A stretch of DNA of 63,807 bases, filler included, from Octopus bimaculoides (lineage: Eukaryota): assembly GCF_001194135.2 (NCBI RefSeq). It is 5 parts of 5 records of this genome, joined end to end, with 100 filler letters (N's around TTAATTAATTAA, not from the genome) between each part and the next. Parts side by side here need not be neighbours in the genome. Positions count along the whole stretch, not along the records: positions 1 to 17,846 come from NC_068983.1; 4 more parts are not named here. One strand, written 5' to 3'. Position numbers and translations under genes: made by a program. This document shows positions 1 to 12,239 of this stretch, piece by piece (position 1 is the stretch's first letter; every line of letters begins with the position of its first letter). The notes under the pieces were generated by a model. It saw nothing but the letters and a program-made list of their open reading frames with translations. It did not search any database and had not been told where the DNA came from.

Positions 1-36
<36 letters not shown>

Positions 37-288
37 GTGCGTGCGTGCGTACGTGTGCGCGTATGTATGAGTGCATGAACAAACGAAAGAAGAATGTATC
101 CTATAAATATAATAAAGTATATCTATTTATCAAAAGCATTGCGCCGTCAGTATTCTTGATTCCTTGTTGACTTCATATCATTGATCATTAAGCTAAATCT
201 TCTCATATTATGTAACCATTATCCTGGGGCACACTTCCACTTTTATTTCATACAATTCCTTATGCGTTCTTTATTCATTACCTTGCAG

Positions 289-384
289 GGCATACCTTTG
301 CACATTCAAGTAGATACATACGAAGGTGAAGACAGATACCCGGTTCACAGAGGTTACTGTCAAGTGAAAATATTTTGCGACAAA
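289..384 (+). CDS. grh: Grainyhead-like TF, exon a of the window (CP2/Grh DNA-binding domain): GIPLHIQVDTYEGEDRYPVHRGYCQVKIFCDK
   Basis: Acceptor ttaccttgcag| at 288 and donor |gtaagt at 385; 96 nt, phase 0/0. The peptide matches the Grh/GRHL motif G(L/I)PLxIQxDT...HRxYCQ(I/V)KxFCDK. Upstream exons lie outside the window. Confidence 0.95.
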
Positions 385-460
385 GTAAGTATACAAGATC
401 CTGGAAAATCAATTAGTCCTACCATAAACACCATCACCACCACTACACCATCCACCACTG

Positions 461-492
<32 letters not shown>

Positions 493-867
493 GATAANNN
501 NNNNNNNNNNNNNNNNNNNNNNNNNNNNNNNNNNNNNNNNNNNNNNNNNNNNNNNNNNNNNNNNNNNNNNNNNNNNNNNNNNNNNNNNNNNNNNNNNNNN
601 NNNNNNNNNNNNNNNNNNNNNNNNNNNNNNNNNNNNNNNNNNNNNNNNNNNNNNNNNNNNNNNNNNNNNNNNNNNNNNNNNNNNNNNNNNNNNNNNNNNN
701 NNNNNNNNNNNNNNNNNNNNNNNNNNNNNNNNNNNNNNNNNNNNNNNNNNNNNNNNNNNNNNNNNNNNNNNNNNNNNNNNNNNNNNNNNNNNNNNNNNNN
801 NNNNNNNNNNNNNNNNNNNNNNNNNNNNNNNNNNNNNNNNNNNNNNNNATATATATATATATATATA

Positions 868-985
868 CGACGGGTTTCTTTCAGTTTCCGTCTACCAAAT
901 CCACTCACAAGGCTTTGGTCGGCCCGAGGCTTTAGTAGAAGACACTTGCCCAATGTGCCACGCAGTGGGACTGAACTGCGAGACC
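868..985 (-). mobile_element. SINE-like repeat, family A (partial copy)
   Basis: Near-identical to 38391-38555 (cagtttccgtctaccaaatccactcacaaggctttgg...gacacttgcccaa.gtgccacgcagtggga); degenerate copies near 11790, 30540 and 47995. Confidence 0.75.
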
Positions 986-1065
986 TTTAAAATAAGCACA
1001 GAGATCGATTCAATCAATTTACTTGTGCTTATAATAGAAACAAATGTAATTATTTTCGTTTTTGG

Positions 1066-1295
1066 CGATGAACTGGCAGAAACGTTAGCACGTCGGACAA
1101 AATGCCTAGCGACATTTCGTCCGTTTTTACATACTGAGTTCAAATTCCGCCGAGGTCGACTTTGCATCTCATCCTTTCGGGTGGGGATGGAGGTTTGATG
1201 AAATAAGTTTCAATTCAATACTGAGCACGATTTAATCGACTCGTTCCCTCCCACTCAAAAAGTCAGACCCTGTGCCAACGATAGAAATGATTATA
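1066..1295 (+). mobile_element. tRNA-derived SINE, family B
   Basis: Pol III A-box-like tggcagaaacgttag and B-box gagttcaaattcc, followed by the gaggtcgactttgc..tcatcctttcgg core; multiple copies in the window. A more decayed copy follows at about 1296-1520. Confidence 0.75.
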
Positions 1296-2255
1296 TTTAG
1301 GAAGGTGTTGGGTTTACAAAATTAGTTTAGTGGTGAGCAAAATACCTAATGATAATTTAGTTAAATTTATTTCTCTTTATGCTCTGAGTTCATATCTCGC
1401 TGAGTTCGACTAGCGCTTTTAGTCTTCTGGAGTCAATGAAATAAATGTTAGTTAAATACTTGGATCGATTTAATCATCCGCTCCCTTCCTTAATTTTGTA
1501 GTCTTGTACTTGTTAGAAGTTGTTTCTATTATACTAATAAACCAGGTACTAGAAAGGCACAAATAGTAGAGTACCTTCTGATATTTTCTTTTGGGTTTTA
1601 CGTTTTGAGATCAAATCTTGTCGTGTCCGAGTTTGGCTTTCACTGGTTTAGAGCCGATCAAAATACATGCCAAATATGTACAACCCTCATCATTTCGTAT
1701 CCCTGTTGCATTGTCAGAAATCATTCAGTAGTAAATTTGCCAAAATTTACCTCAACAAGCCGATACACACGATTTGGTTCTCAGATTTCACTGGAACCAA
1801 TTCATTGCTCATATTTTTGCAAAAGTAGCATGAGTGTCATGCATGCCATTTCCCATCTCTTGTTAATATGAGGTATTGTGCCTCTGTAAGAGTTCATTGA
1901 TGGATCTTAATGGAGAAGTTTCTATGTTTATTATGTGTCACTTAATCTTTCATCTTTCTAGGTCAATAAAATGAACATCGGTGATGCATCAACTATACAC
2001 TCTCTTTTCAACGTTTACGTTTTAAAAGTATCATCGATTTGGTAGATCTTATTGTTCTTGAAAAGCAAAATAGAGATAGTTAAATATGCAGATTACTTCA
2101 CAGTTCATCAGTTCGTATCCTCATGAAATACGGAGAGACTGTATAAAAATAAAATAATGTATGCCATTAACCATAAGAATAAAGTTTAATGTTTAAGAGA
2201 ATTACGAAATCCACGTTTGTTTTATTTATGGGGAATCTTCCTTTCATACTTCTAG

Positions 2256-2352
2256 GGTGCTGAACGGAAAACACGAGATGAGGAACGACGAAGAACGGCA
2301 AAAGTAAAGACTGAAAACTCGAATTCTCCAACTCATTCGCCACCGTTAGATG
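2256..2352 (+). CDS. grh: Grainyhead-like TF, exon b: GAERKTRDEERRRTAKVKTENSNSPTHSPPLD(G)
   Basis: Acceptor catacttctag|. GAERKxRDEER is the motif that directly follows FCDK in Grh/GRHL proteins. Donor |gtgaaa at 2353 (phase 1) is the one that keeps frame with the next exon. Confidence 0.92.
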
Positions 2353-2694
2353 GTGAAAATGATTTGTTTGTTCCCACTCTATTAGGTTCGACACTTTCTT
2401 CTTTTTACATTTAATGAAATAATTTTGCATACCATTTACTTTTCACGTGTTTCAGCCATTGGGATACGACCATGCTGGAGCACTGCCTTTAGATAACATA
2501 AAAATTTTTAAATTAATGTTTAAATCAAGATAAGCTTTAAATTATAAAAGTAAATGAATTATCGAGGATTTATTTTTGGTGGGGCAACATTTTTAGAATC
2601 ATACATAATGTAATGTTTGAAATGATATGAAAATACCCTGTGTTTTTTCTATCTGCGAAATTCAGCAGCGGCGTGGTTCCAAAGGAGGAAATGT

Positions 2695-2695
<1 letters not shown>

Positions 2696-2791
<96 letters not shown>

Positions 2792-3057
2792 CGTGCGTGC
2801 GTGTGTGTGTGTGTGTGCATGCGTGTGTGTATGTGTGTGTGTATGTGTGTGTCTGTGTATGTGTGTCTGTGTGTGTGTGTCTGTGTGTGTGTGCGCGTGT
2901 GCATGCGTGTGTGTATGTGTGTACGTGTGTGTGTGCGTGTGTATATATATATGTGTGTACGTGAGTTTGAGTGAGCGTTCGTGTATGTGTCTGTGTACGT
3001 GAATGTGAGTGAGAGTACGTATGTGTGCGTGTGTTTGTATGTGTGTGTATGTGAGTG

Positions 3058-3109
<52 letters not shown>

Positions 3110-3131
3110 TGTGTATGCTTGTGTGTGTGTA
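2696..3131. repeat. Compound (GT)n microsatellite in grh intron 2, representative of dozens of GT/AT/TATC/TATG/ATT arrays in the window
   Basis: Directly visible; these arrays produce the VC/HT/YI/LSI low-complexity ORFs in the track. Confidence 0.95.
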
Positions 3132-3406
3132 TGTATTTTATTTTTATTGGCAGAAGTTACAAAGTGGTTCACGGACCGAGAGTTTCGTCCATTGGTAAGT
3201 TTCACAAGTGTCAAGGCATGAAAGTCTCGGCCTTTGAGTCACTTTGTAGCTACTGCCGATCAAATAAAATATATATACTCATATTTTGTGTTCTATTTTC
3301 CTGTTTCGTATTACCAGATGCACACACACACACACACTCACACACAACCATATGTTGAATATATATATATATATATATATATGTAAAATCGTTTGTGTAC
3401 TTTTAG

Positions 3407-3528
3407 GACGAAAGCGATCGGAAGAGGTTTACCACCAAACTTGTGAACGATCCGAATTTTATTCTATGCAAGATCTCACAACTGAACCGCAACTGTTTAA
3501 CCCTTTAGGCGACATCGATGACTATCGG
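3407..3528 (+). CDS. grh: Grainyhead-like TF, exon c: (G)RKRSEEVYHQTCERSEFYSMQDLTTEPQLFNPLGDIDDYR
   Basis: Acceptor gtacttttag| and donor |gtaagg; phase 1/0. Resembles the post-DBD segment of insect Grh (GRK...YH...RSEFY.MQD...P.LF.P). Confidence 0.9.
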
Positions 3529-4539
3529 GTAAGGAAGGTAAATTAACAGCAGAAGAGCAACATGTGAAATCATTAACGAACAGTGTCTACGCAATTATGA
3601 GGGAAACAAAAGGAACAATCACACTCCTTAATCGATAGAGAAATCTTACCTAACAATCACTTTTATCTTTTATTCCTACATATACATTTATATATTGTAT
3701 ATATATATGTGTGTATATATATNNNNNNNNNNNNNNNNNNNNNNNNNNNNNNNNNNNNNNNNNNNNNNNNNNNNNNNNNNNNNNNNNNNNNNNNNNNNNN
3801 NNNNNNNNNNNNNNNNNNNNNNNNNNNNNNNNNNNNNNNNNNNNNNNNNNNNNNNNNNNNNNNNNNNNNNNNNNNNNNNNNNNNNNNNNNNNNNNNNNNN
3901 NNNNNNNNNNNNNNNNNNNNNNNNNNNNNNNNNNNNNNNNNNNNNNNNNNNNNNNNNNNNNNNNNNNNNNNNNNNNNNNNNNNNNNNNNNNNNNNNNNNN
4001 NNNNNNNNNNNNNNNNNNNNNNNNNNNNNNNNNNNNNNNNNNNNNNNNNNNNNNNNNNNNNNNNNNNNNNNNNNNNNNNNNNNNNNNNNNNNNNNNNNNN
4101 NNNNNNNNNNNNNNNNNNNNNNNNNNNNNNNNNNNNNNNNNNNNNNNNNNNNNNNNNNNNNNNNNNNNNNNNNNNNNNNNNNNNNNNNNNNNNNNNNNNN
4201 NNNNNNNNNNNNNNNNNNNNNNNNNNNNNNNNNNNNNNNNNNNNNNNNNNNNNNNNNNNNNNNNNNNNNNNNNNNNNNNNNNNNNNNNNNNNNNNNNNNN
4301 NNNNNNNNNNNNNNNNNNNNNNNNNNNNNNNNNNNNNNNNNNNNNNNNNNNNNNNNNNNNNNNNNNNNNNNNNNNNNNNNNNNNNNNNNNNNNNNNNNNN
4401 NNNNNNNNNNNNNNNNNNNNNNNNNNNNNNNNNNNNNNNNNNNNNNNNNNNNNNNNNNNNNNNNNNNNNNNNNNNNNTATATATATATATATAGATAGAT
4501 AGATAGATATATATATATATATGTATATCATCATCATCA

Positions 4540-4692
4540 TCGTCACGTCACCGTTGTTTAACGTCGGCTTTCCATGCTGGCATGGGTTGGACGGTTTGAC
4601 TGAGAGCTGGCGAGCCAGAAGGCTGCACCAGGCTCCAATATGATCTGGCAGAGTTTCTACGGCTAGATGCCCTTCCTAACGCCAACCACTCT
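4540..4692. mobile_element. SINE-like repeat, family C
   Basis: GC-richer island beside an (ATC)n tail, containing tttctacggctagatgcccttcctaacgccaacc, a motif I recognise from aquatic-animal SINEs. Single copy here. Confidence 0.5.
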
Positions 4693-5863
4693 TAGTTTAA
4701 TTTTCACGTTTATTTGCAATTTTTACAATTTTACAATATTGAAATAAACTCGTACTTTCATGGGATATACAATCATCAGGTTTATGTAGCGACAGTGGTA
4801 TACCATGCACATACGCGCATGCGCGCGCATATACGCTTGTGTGTGTAGTTGTATACATCTGAATATTTCGATCTTCATATTATTTCTAGGACAAGTAACG
4901 AACTCTATTCTTTATCATGTGTGTAGCATATTTGAAATCAACACTGTAAGCTAGTGAAACAGAACTATGCATTTGCTATACGATCCTCCCTCTGTTATTT
5001 ACAGAAACAATGCACATATTTACCGTTAGGTAGACTGGACCATTTAAGACTTAACTGCCTGGCCTATAGACATACGTTAGGATATAACCAACCGGATATT
5101 TGCTTAATGATCTACACCTTGCTGAGTAAAATCATAGGTAGAAAATGTGCTTGAGGCTTTATAGCTATCATTTATCAACCAGTTGTGACATATTGTGATT
5201 GGCTTAGATATAGCGTAATATGCGTTTTAAATATTCTTTTCATATATAAATTTTCTTGCGTTGAAATATGTATTTTGCTGAAGTTGTAACTGTCAAATTA
5301 ATAATTAGCAAATATATGCACAGTTAATTGCTTTCTTTCTTTTCTTTTCTTTTTTTTTTTTTGCTATCAGCAGTTATTTCCCTGATGAATAAATTTTATT
5401 TCATCAAGAAAATAATTAATTAACAATGCATATGTTTATTGATTAGCAAACTGACAAACATGACTCCACCAAAATACGATTTTGTATTTTAAAGTTGTTA
5501 AAATAATTTTTTTAACCAATAAATTTCACTAAATTTGAAATTTAACAGTCTTAGATAGAAATGCGATCATAAATTGATAGGTTTAAGGCCGGTGGCCAAC
5601 TTTTATAAAATTTACCAGGGAAAATATAGTCACAAATGTTTATATGTGATCAAATAACTAAAACTGTAAATCTAGAGAAAATTCTGTCGTTTCATGTCAA
5701 TTTAGTTCCTCGAGTTGTCTAGTTCACTAGTCGTTATTGGTATAAACGTTATGTTCTTCTCTCAACAACACCAGATACTACTTCATAATAATGTAACAAT
5801 ACCATGTTGCAGCTACAAACATGCTCCGGGGAAAACTATATCGAACATTTCTTTATATTTCAG

Positions 5864-5907
5864 CATGGGATTGTGCACTACTCATTAAATGAAGAAGAAC
5901 GAGTCGG
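5864..5907 (+). CDS. grh: Grainyhead-like TF, short linker exon d: HGIVHYSLNEEERV(G)
   Basis: Acceptor ctttatatttcag| and donor |gtacgt. Only the phase-0 frame is open, and phase 0/2 exactly bridges exons c and e. No recognisable homology, so support is splice sites plus phase. Confidence 0.65.
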
Positions 5908-6561
5908 GTACGTTTATGTTTTATCATCATCGTCGTTATTGTCATCATCATCATCATCATCATCATCATCGATCAATGAAGGTGCCTCTATGCGGTCGAA
6001 CAAGCCGCCAGAAATAGCAGCAAATTTGCCTCTAGTCACACCGCTTCTGTCTTAAAACCATGAGGAAACATTGAGTAATGCAGTTCTAGATAAAATGTGT
6101 CTCAAATAAAAACGGAGTGGTCACGGATAAAATGCCATTTTTATAGGTTCAGTGAAGATGATGAGGCTGTTTTCATGTCCTTCCCGGGCCCTTGAAGACC
6201 TAAGAACGACACGGTTAACTTTACTCGTGAACAACTGGAAGTGAGCAGCTTCAAGGAAAACATGTGCAAATCGAATATTTCATAACAATTTCCGTCATCA
6301 TTATTCTCATCATCATCATCATCAACATCGTCACCATCATCGTCGTCGTCGTTATCATCATCATCATCATCATCTACAACAACAACATCATCATCTTTGT
6401 CATTATCATCATCATTATTCACCAGTTCAATAATGTGCCTTACTTCCACCATGTCAGTCACTCCCTGAACCACCGGTTCTTCATGTGAGCGCGTGTTCTG
6501 CTGTTTCTTTCAGAGACCTCCTGAAAGTCTTCATTGTGTGTGCGTGTGTGTAAGTGTGTGT

Positions 6562-6659
<98 letters not shown>

Positions 6660-6836
6660 TGACTATCAGGATGTTTTTGAAAGGAATAGCAGAACGTATA
6701 AAAGAGATAAATGATTACCATCTACAAAATTATTATTTTTTTTAATGTACAAAACAGAAAATAAAGCAAAAAATTCAAAACATGCAGTGATACGAAGAAA
6801 TATGAAAAAAATACGATTTCTTTTGTTCTTAAACAG

Positions 6837-6952
6837 AAATTCTATAAGCAATAACAAAAACAACACCAACTTAGATGAGAACAGAGATGGTTTCCCGCCT
6901 GCCAAAGTTCCACGACGAAATAACTTCCTTTACTGCATGACGTATCAAAAAG
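6837..6952 (+). CDS. grh: Grainyhead-like TF, linker exon e: (G)NSISNNKNNTNLDENRDGFPPAKVPRRNNFLYCMTYQK(V)
   Basis: Acceptor ttttgttcttaaacag| and donor aaaag|gtaatt. Phase 2/1 supplies the g of the gtt (Val) codon that begins VMLYVR. PPAKVPRR resembles the basic PPxKxxR patch before the Grh dimerisation domain. Confidence 0.72.
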
Positions 6953-8626
6953 GTAATTTATTAAATACTATACTATAATGTCGTATAAAAAAAATAAAGG
7001 ATTTTCTAAGGTTATTGCATTTTAATCCTCTGTTACTAGTAGCTACATATATCCGTCCTTCAATTCTCGTTATTTTTCTCTAAAACCATTATGCTCAAGC
7101 ACAAACCAAAACATTGGGACCAATTTTGAAATCAAAATCGGGATCAGTCTCCTTCAGTATGCACAGTGCTTTAAATATCTAGTGAAAATTTTAAACCTTG
7201 CAAAAAATCTATCTTGACACTAAGTGATAGAGTACAATATAATAGATATAATCTACCAAAATTCAATAAAACGCCCCCGCTAGAACTGGAACAATGCTCC
7301 ACCAAGCGCTTGTGCATGTATATTCACAAGCGAGAATGTTCACACGGTTTTCTACGAACTTATAAGCAGGCAAGTGGGGGTTTTTTTTTTATACTTTACC
7401 TTTTGTACTGCTCTCCAAACCCTGAACTTTACATCCAAAATATGTTCTGAATGCTTAATTCACATGCTTTTGTAAGTACGTTGATTGTGTATGAATATGA
7501 GTGTGTGACTGGACATGCATACGTGCATAAATATAAGCATCTATGAGTGCATTTATATAAATGCACATACACATACATACACACACACATACACACATAC
7601 ATACATACATACATACATACATACATACGCACGCACACACACGCACACACACACACATACTCTTAAGTACACAACATGATTATGCAATTCCTTGGCATCT
7701 CACTTAAGCACGTACCCATTCCATCTCGGGATTCTACCTACCTGTATGTATATATATATAAACCAGTGGTCTACCATTGAGTTAAATGTGTTTAAGAGAT
7801 AAAATTTGAAAAGTTGCATTCCCTCGCTTTCGGTAAATATGTTACTTATTTTTGGTAGTTTTTTTTACTTATNNNNNNNNNNNNNNNNNNNNNNNNNNNN
7901 NNNNNNNNNNNNNNNNNNNNNNNNNNNNNNNNNNNNNNNNNNNNNNNNNNNNNNNNNNNNNNNNNNNNNNNNNNNNNNNNNNNNNNNNNNNNNNNNNNNN
8001 NNNNNNNNNNNNNNNNNNNNNNNNNNNNNNNNNNNNNNNNNNNNNNNNNNNNNNNNNNNNNNNNNNNNNNNNNNNNNNNNNNNNNNNNNNNNNNNNNNNN
8101 NNNNNNNNNNNNNNNNNNNNNNNNNNNNNNNNNNNNNNNNNNNNNNNNNNNNNNNNNNNNNNNNNNNNNNNNNNNNNNNNNNNNNNNNNNNNNNNNNNNN
8201 NNNNNNNNNNNNNNNNNNNNNNNNNNNNNNNNNNNNNNNNNNNNNNNNNNNNNNNNNNNNNNNNNNNNNNNNNNNNNNNNNNNNNNNNNNNNNNNNNNNN
8301 NNNNNNNNNNNNNNNNNNNNNNNNNNNNNNNNNNNNNNNNNNNNNNNNNNNNNNNNNNNNNNNNNNNNNNNNNNNNNNNNNNNNNNNNNNNNNNNNNNNN
8401 NNNNNNNNNNNNNNNNNNNNNNNNNNNNNNNNNNNNNNNNNNNNNNNNNNNNNNNNNNNNNNNNNNNNNNNNNNNNNNNNNNNNNNNNNNNTATATATAT
8501 ATCCTTGGCCTGATTCAGAGTAGCCGGTGGTATGCATCTCACCTGGGTTTTACCACTCTGAGGTTCCACTTGCTGTGAAACATATGTATCCCGGATTTCC
8601 TATACTCCATTCTGTAACTCATATAA

Positions 8627-8657
<31 letters not shown>

Positions 8658-9250
8658 TGCTACGTATGCAGGTATTGCTGACTAACGGAGTTTTGTCGAA
8701 GAACCGTTGTTTCGTGTAGAACGGATCCGGCTATTAATAGCGTCTATAGTTTTCCTGTCTATCTGTGACAAGAAACGGTGAGGAGTTTTCCTCTCTCTTT
8801 GTCACTGCCATTGCGAAAGGGGTTGGATGGTGGATGTGACTGAAAGCATTGAAGAGAGAGGCATTTCCGCCTTCAACCACGCTCTTGTCGATTTTTCAAT
8901 CGGAGAGGAAGGTGCTTCTTCCAAGTAAATTAGCCGTAGAAAGGATGAGAATGGTAATTATGATCCTAGTGAACGGTATTGTAGGACGGAGAATCTCATC
9001 CAGGTGAGAGCATTACTCTTAGTAGTCAGAATAGTCCAGAGTTTGTACGTTCCTTTGATCGACTCTAGATTACAGTCACCATCTGGAGGATATTACAAAA
9101 AAATGTAATTTGTGTTTACTTCCATTTGCATTTTCTTTTTCTCACGGAATTCTCCGTGTTATTTATTCATTTATTTCTAGTCTATCTATGATGTACCATC
9201 CTCATCCGGTGCCCTTAAGACAACTAATTCTCTTCTTTCTTTTTTTAAAG

Positions 9251-9336
9251 TTATGTTATACGTTCGAGAACAGACGGAAAGTACATTTACAGCGTTACTT
9301 CTTAGGACTCCCACAGTTGAAGGGCTATTAAGAGCA
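9251..9336 (+). CDS. grh: Grainyhead-like TF, exon f (dimerisation domain start): (V)MLYVREQTESTFTALLLRTPTVEGLLRA
   Basis: Acceptor tctttttttaaag| and donor |gtaagt; phase 1/0. Matches the Grh/GRHL V(M/L)LYVR....F.AL.L..PT..GL..A motif. Confidence 0.93.
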
Positions 9337-9343
9337 GTAAGTA

Positions 9344-9472
<129 letters not shown>

Positions 9473-9758
9473 CATTATTATCCTCTTCTTTCAATTTTGT
9501 TTCCATTTCTTGCCGAGTGTCTTCTCAACACCTAAGGCAAAGAAACTCACTGTATGCATTGGTAGGCCATTAAAATAAACACTCCAGATTGTTAATTTAC
9601 GAAGTCATGTGATAGTAAAAAGAGGAAGAAAGAAAGAAAGAATGAAAGACAGACAAAAGGATAACATTAGAAATAAAAAAAATTTAATTATAAAAAATAA
9701 AAACAAAAAAATAAATACAAGGAATTTAGTTCCGTACCGCACCTAATCCCTTATTATT

Positions 9759-9789
<31 letters not shown>

Positions 9790-9795
9790 TTATTA

Positions 9796-9851
<56 letters not shown>

Positions 9852-9854
9852 TAA

Positions 9855-10157
9855 GACATCGCACAGTATTCAATATCGTGATGTTGATTGAAGATATTGT
9901 ATCTACAGGGGGTTTGTACTGTCTGTCAAGTTACAACAAGGACCTCAGACAGACAGTACTTTACGCAATATGCTTGCAGTTCCAAGTAATGCCGATTTTT
10001 GCAATACACCTTGGTTGTAGGGTATTTCTAAAGTTTCCAGATGTCTTTTTTTTAGGTTGGGTGGTATTGAACCCAATGCTCTGATGACAACAGGGACAAC
10101 CTTTATGTTTGACTCTCGTAGCTGCCACATCTAAGCGATTTCAATTCTCAGGTTTCC
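9855..10157 (-). mobile_element. R4/Dong-like RLE non-LTR retrotransposon, 3' fragment A
   Basis: Minus-strand peptide WQLRESNIKVVPVVIRALGSIPPNLKKRHLETLEIPYNQGVLQKSALLGTASILRKVLSV* plus a 3' UTR ending in (TAA)n. Confidence 0.8.
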
Positions 10158-10204
<47 letters not shown>

Positions 10205-10224
10205 TATTAACATTATCATTATTA

Positions 10225-11100
10225 TGTGTTAAAAACTAACAGCTTATTTTGCTGGGTATGATGGAACGTGTCAGCTGTCCACAGCCAGCAAACTAAAGTA
10301 ACACTTGTTTACAATTCATGCTTCAAGAACCCTGCGAAAAATTCTTCCAGTTCCAAGCAATGCTGATTTTTGTAAGTGTTCAACTGTCACACTTGCCCCA
10401 ATCTTTTTTAGTCATGTTGGTAGTTGAGTGCTGATACTTCCAAGTGACCCAATTACTATTGGTATCACATCTACTATCCTCGTTGACCATAACCTTCGAG
10501 TCTCCCACTTCAAATCGTCATAGTTGTTCAGTTTTACTTCTTTCAATTGATCCTGTTGAAAGAAAGATGTTGATTATCATGCAAATTCTTTCTTTTTTAT
10601 TCACCACAACAATGTCCGGTTTCCGATGTCTGGTCAGGTGATCGTGCTGGATCATTGTATCCCACAGGATTTTGCAATTCTTATTCTCGGTGATTCCTTC
10701 TGGGGTTTTCTCATACCACATCTTTGCTCTTTGTAAGCCATGATTTTCACAGAGCTCCCAATGGATCATTCTTGCCACATTGTCATGGCGTCTTTTATAT
10801 TTGCGTTGTGCCAATTTCGAGCACTCGCAAATGATGTGTCATATCATTTCACCCTACTCACCACACATTCTGCATTTGTCACTCTCGGTAGTGTTGTCTA
10901 TTCTGCACTTCACATAGTTGGTCCTTAACACTTGTTCTTGAGCTGCGCATATGAGTGAGTTTGTCTCTAACTTCGGTCACTCCTCATCCATTACCATCGG
11001 TCTTCTGTATATGTCTTCGCGTTCACAAACCGACTGTATATATTTTTTCTTCCATGCTTTTTTTGTGTTCGTTTCTTGTTTAATTTTTTCTAATATTAAT
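10225..11100 (-). mobile_element. R4/Dong-like RLE non-LTR retrotransposon, 3' fragment B (CCHC knuckle plus restriction-like endonuclease), inactivated
   Basis: Minus-strand AAQEQVLRTNY...CRMCGE*GEMI*HIICEC...AQRKYKRRHDNV...WDTMIQHDHLTRHRKPDIVVV...PIVIGSLGSI...QKSALLGTGRIFRRVLEA*, with stops and a frameshift. Confidence 0.88.
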
Positions 11101-11199
11101 ACCATTCTGTAATGAAAATTGCATTATAATTACTATCATTAAAATTATTATTATCATTATTATTATTATCATTATTATCATTATCATTATCATTATTAT

Positions 11200-11505
11200 T
11201 CATGGTGTGCACAAATGTTTTGTATTCAGAATCAATATCCTTGACACTGGATCACAAACAATTTCCTTACACATCGAGGTGCTTTCTTACAATCCTTGCT
11301 ATTCTCAATAGAGCAGATTTCTGCATTAATGCAACTCACGTAGTTACACTAATCTCAATAAGGAAATTGCTAAGTCTGGTGGTGGCGGTACCAAGGGCAC
11401 CTCTAATAACTGGGAGTATTTTTGTAGAAACACTCCCTAGTCTTCGTATTTCCCAAGCCAAATCCTGGTATTTTCCTATTTTCTCGTGTTCTTTAACCTA
11501 CTATA
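11200..11505 (-). mobile_element. R4/Dong-like RLE non-LTR retrotransposon, 3' fragment C
   Basis: Minus-strand VKEHEKIGKYQDLAWEIRRLGSVSTKILPVIRGALGT...*VALMQKSALLRIARIVRKHLDV*; the 3' end abuts an (ATT/ATC)n run. Confidence 0.8.
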
Positions 11506-11600
11506 TTCATGTTCGCAGTTACAGCCACAGCTACGATAATGCATTCTCCCCCACCCCTTTGTCAGAATGATATCATTGTGGTTGTCGTCGTCGTCGTCGT

Positions 11601-11631
<31 letters not shown>

Positions 11632-12174
11632 ACTGCTGCTGCTACTGCTGCTGCTACTGCTGCTGCTGCTCATGCTTCTGCTGCCGCTGCTGCTGCTGCT
11701 GTTGTTGTTCTCAAATCAACTTTACTAAAGGCATGCTTGGGTCATGTGTAGCGTCAAGCAATGAAGCAGACTAGGTCTATAAACACAAAAATCCCTCTGG
11801 CCGACTTCCACTTTTCATTTAGAAGCTTCTACCAGAGACTATGGTAGAAGACACTACATAAACTGCGACTAAGCCTGAAACTAATTTGTTGCGAACCGAA
11901 TATCTTAATTTTACAACCATGCTCTGCTATGTTCAAGTTTATCCATAAGACTGTGTGACAATCATATTTCTTTTCAAAGCATTAGTGTGTAAGGCAAAAG
12001 AATTGACTTCAACCAATTCATTAACTAGGGTCATCAAAGGAGAACTCACCTACAGTTCTCAGTGTATTATCCAAACTAAATTATCAACCGTAGAATACAG
12101 CACATTTCTAAAGTCTTCTGCTGCATTAGTCTACCATGAAGTACACTAAAATATCACTTCATTTATTTTCACAG

Positions 12175-12239
12175 GTGGAAGAAAAATATGAAATTCCAGC
12201 TTCAAAGGTTAAAAATACATACAAAAGATCTAAAAAGGG
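12175..12239 (+). CDS. grh: Grainyhead-like TF, exon g: VEEKYEIPASKVKNTYKRSKK(G)
   Basis: Acceptor atttattttcacag| and donor |gtgagt; phase 0/2. Matches the GRHL I.EKY..P...I...YK.SKKG segment. Confidence 0.93.

Noticed and set aside
181-990. 269-aa ORF read as one protein
   Set aside because: Only 289-384 is coding. The rest is intron, an (ACT)n repeat, an N gap and a SINE read through in frame.
1066-1160. tRNA-like A and B boxes as a possible tRNA gene
   Set aside because: No cloverleaf; the boxes are heads of a multi-copy SINE.
2570-3358. His-Thr and Val-Cys repeat ORFs here and at many other sites
   Set aside because: Products of (CA/GT)n, (TA)n and tetranucleotide microsatellites or N runs.
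8690-9090. GC-richer intronic island with a mostly open minus-strand frame
   Set aside because: Contains stops and no motif I can assign. Probably an old retroelement fragment, but I cannot support a family call.
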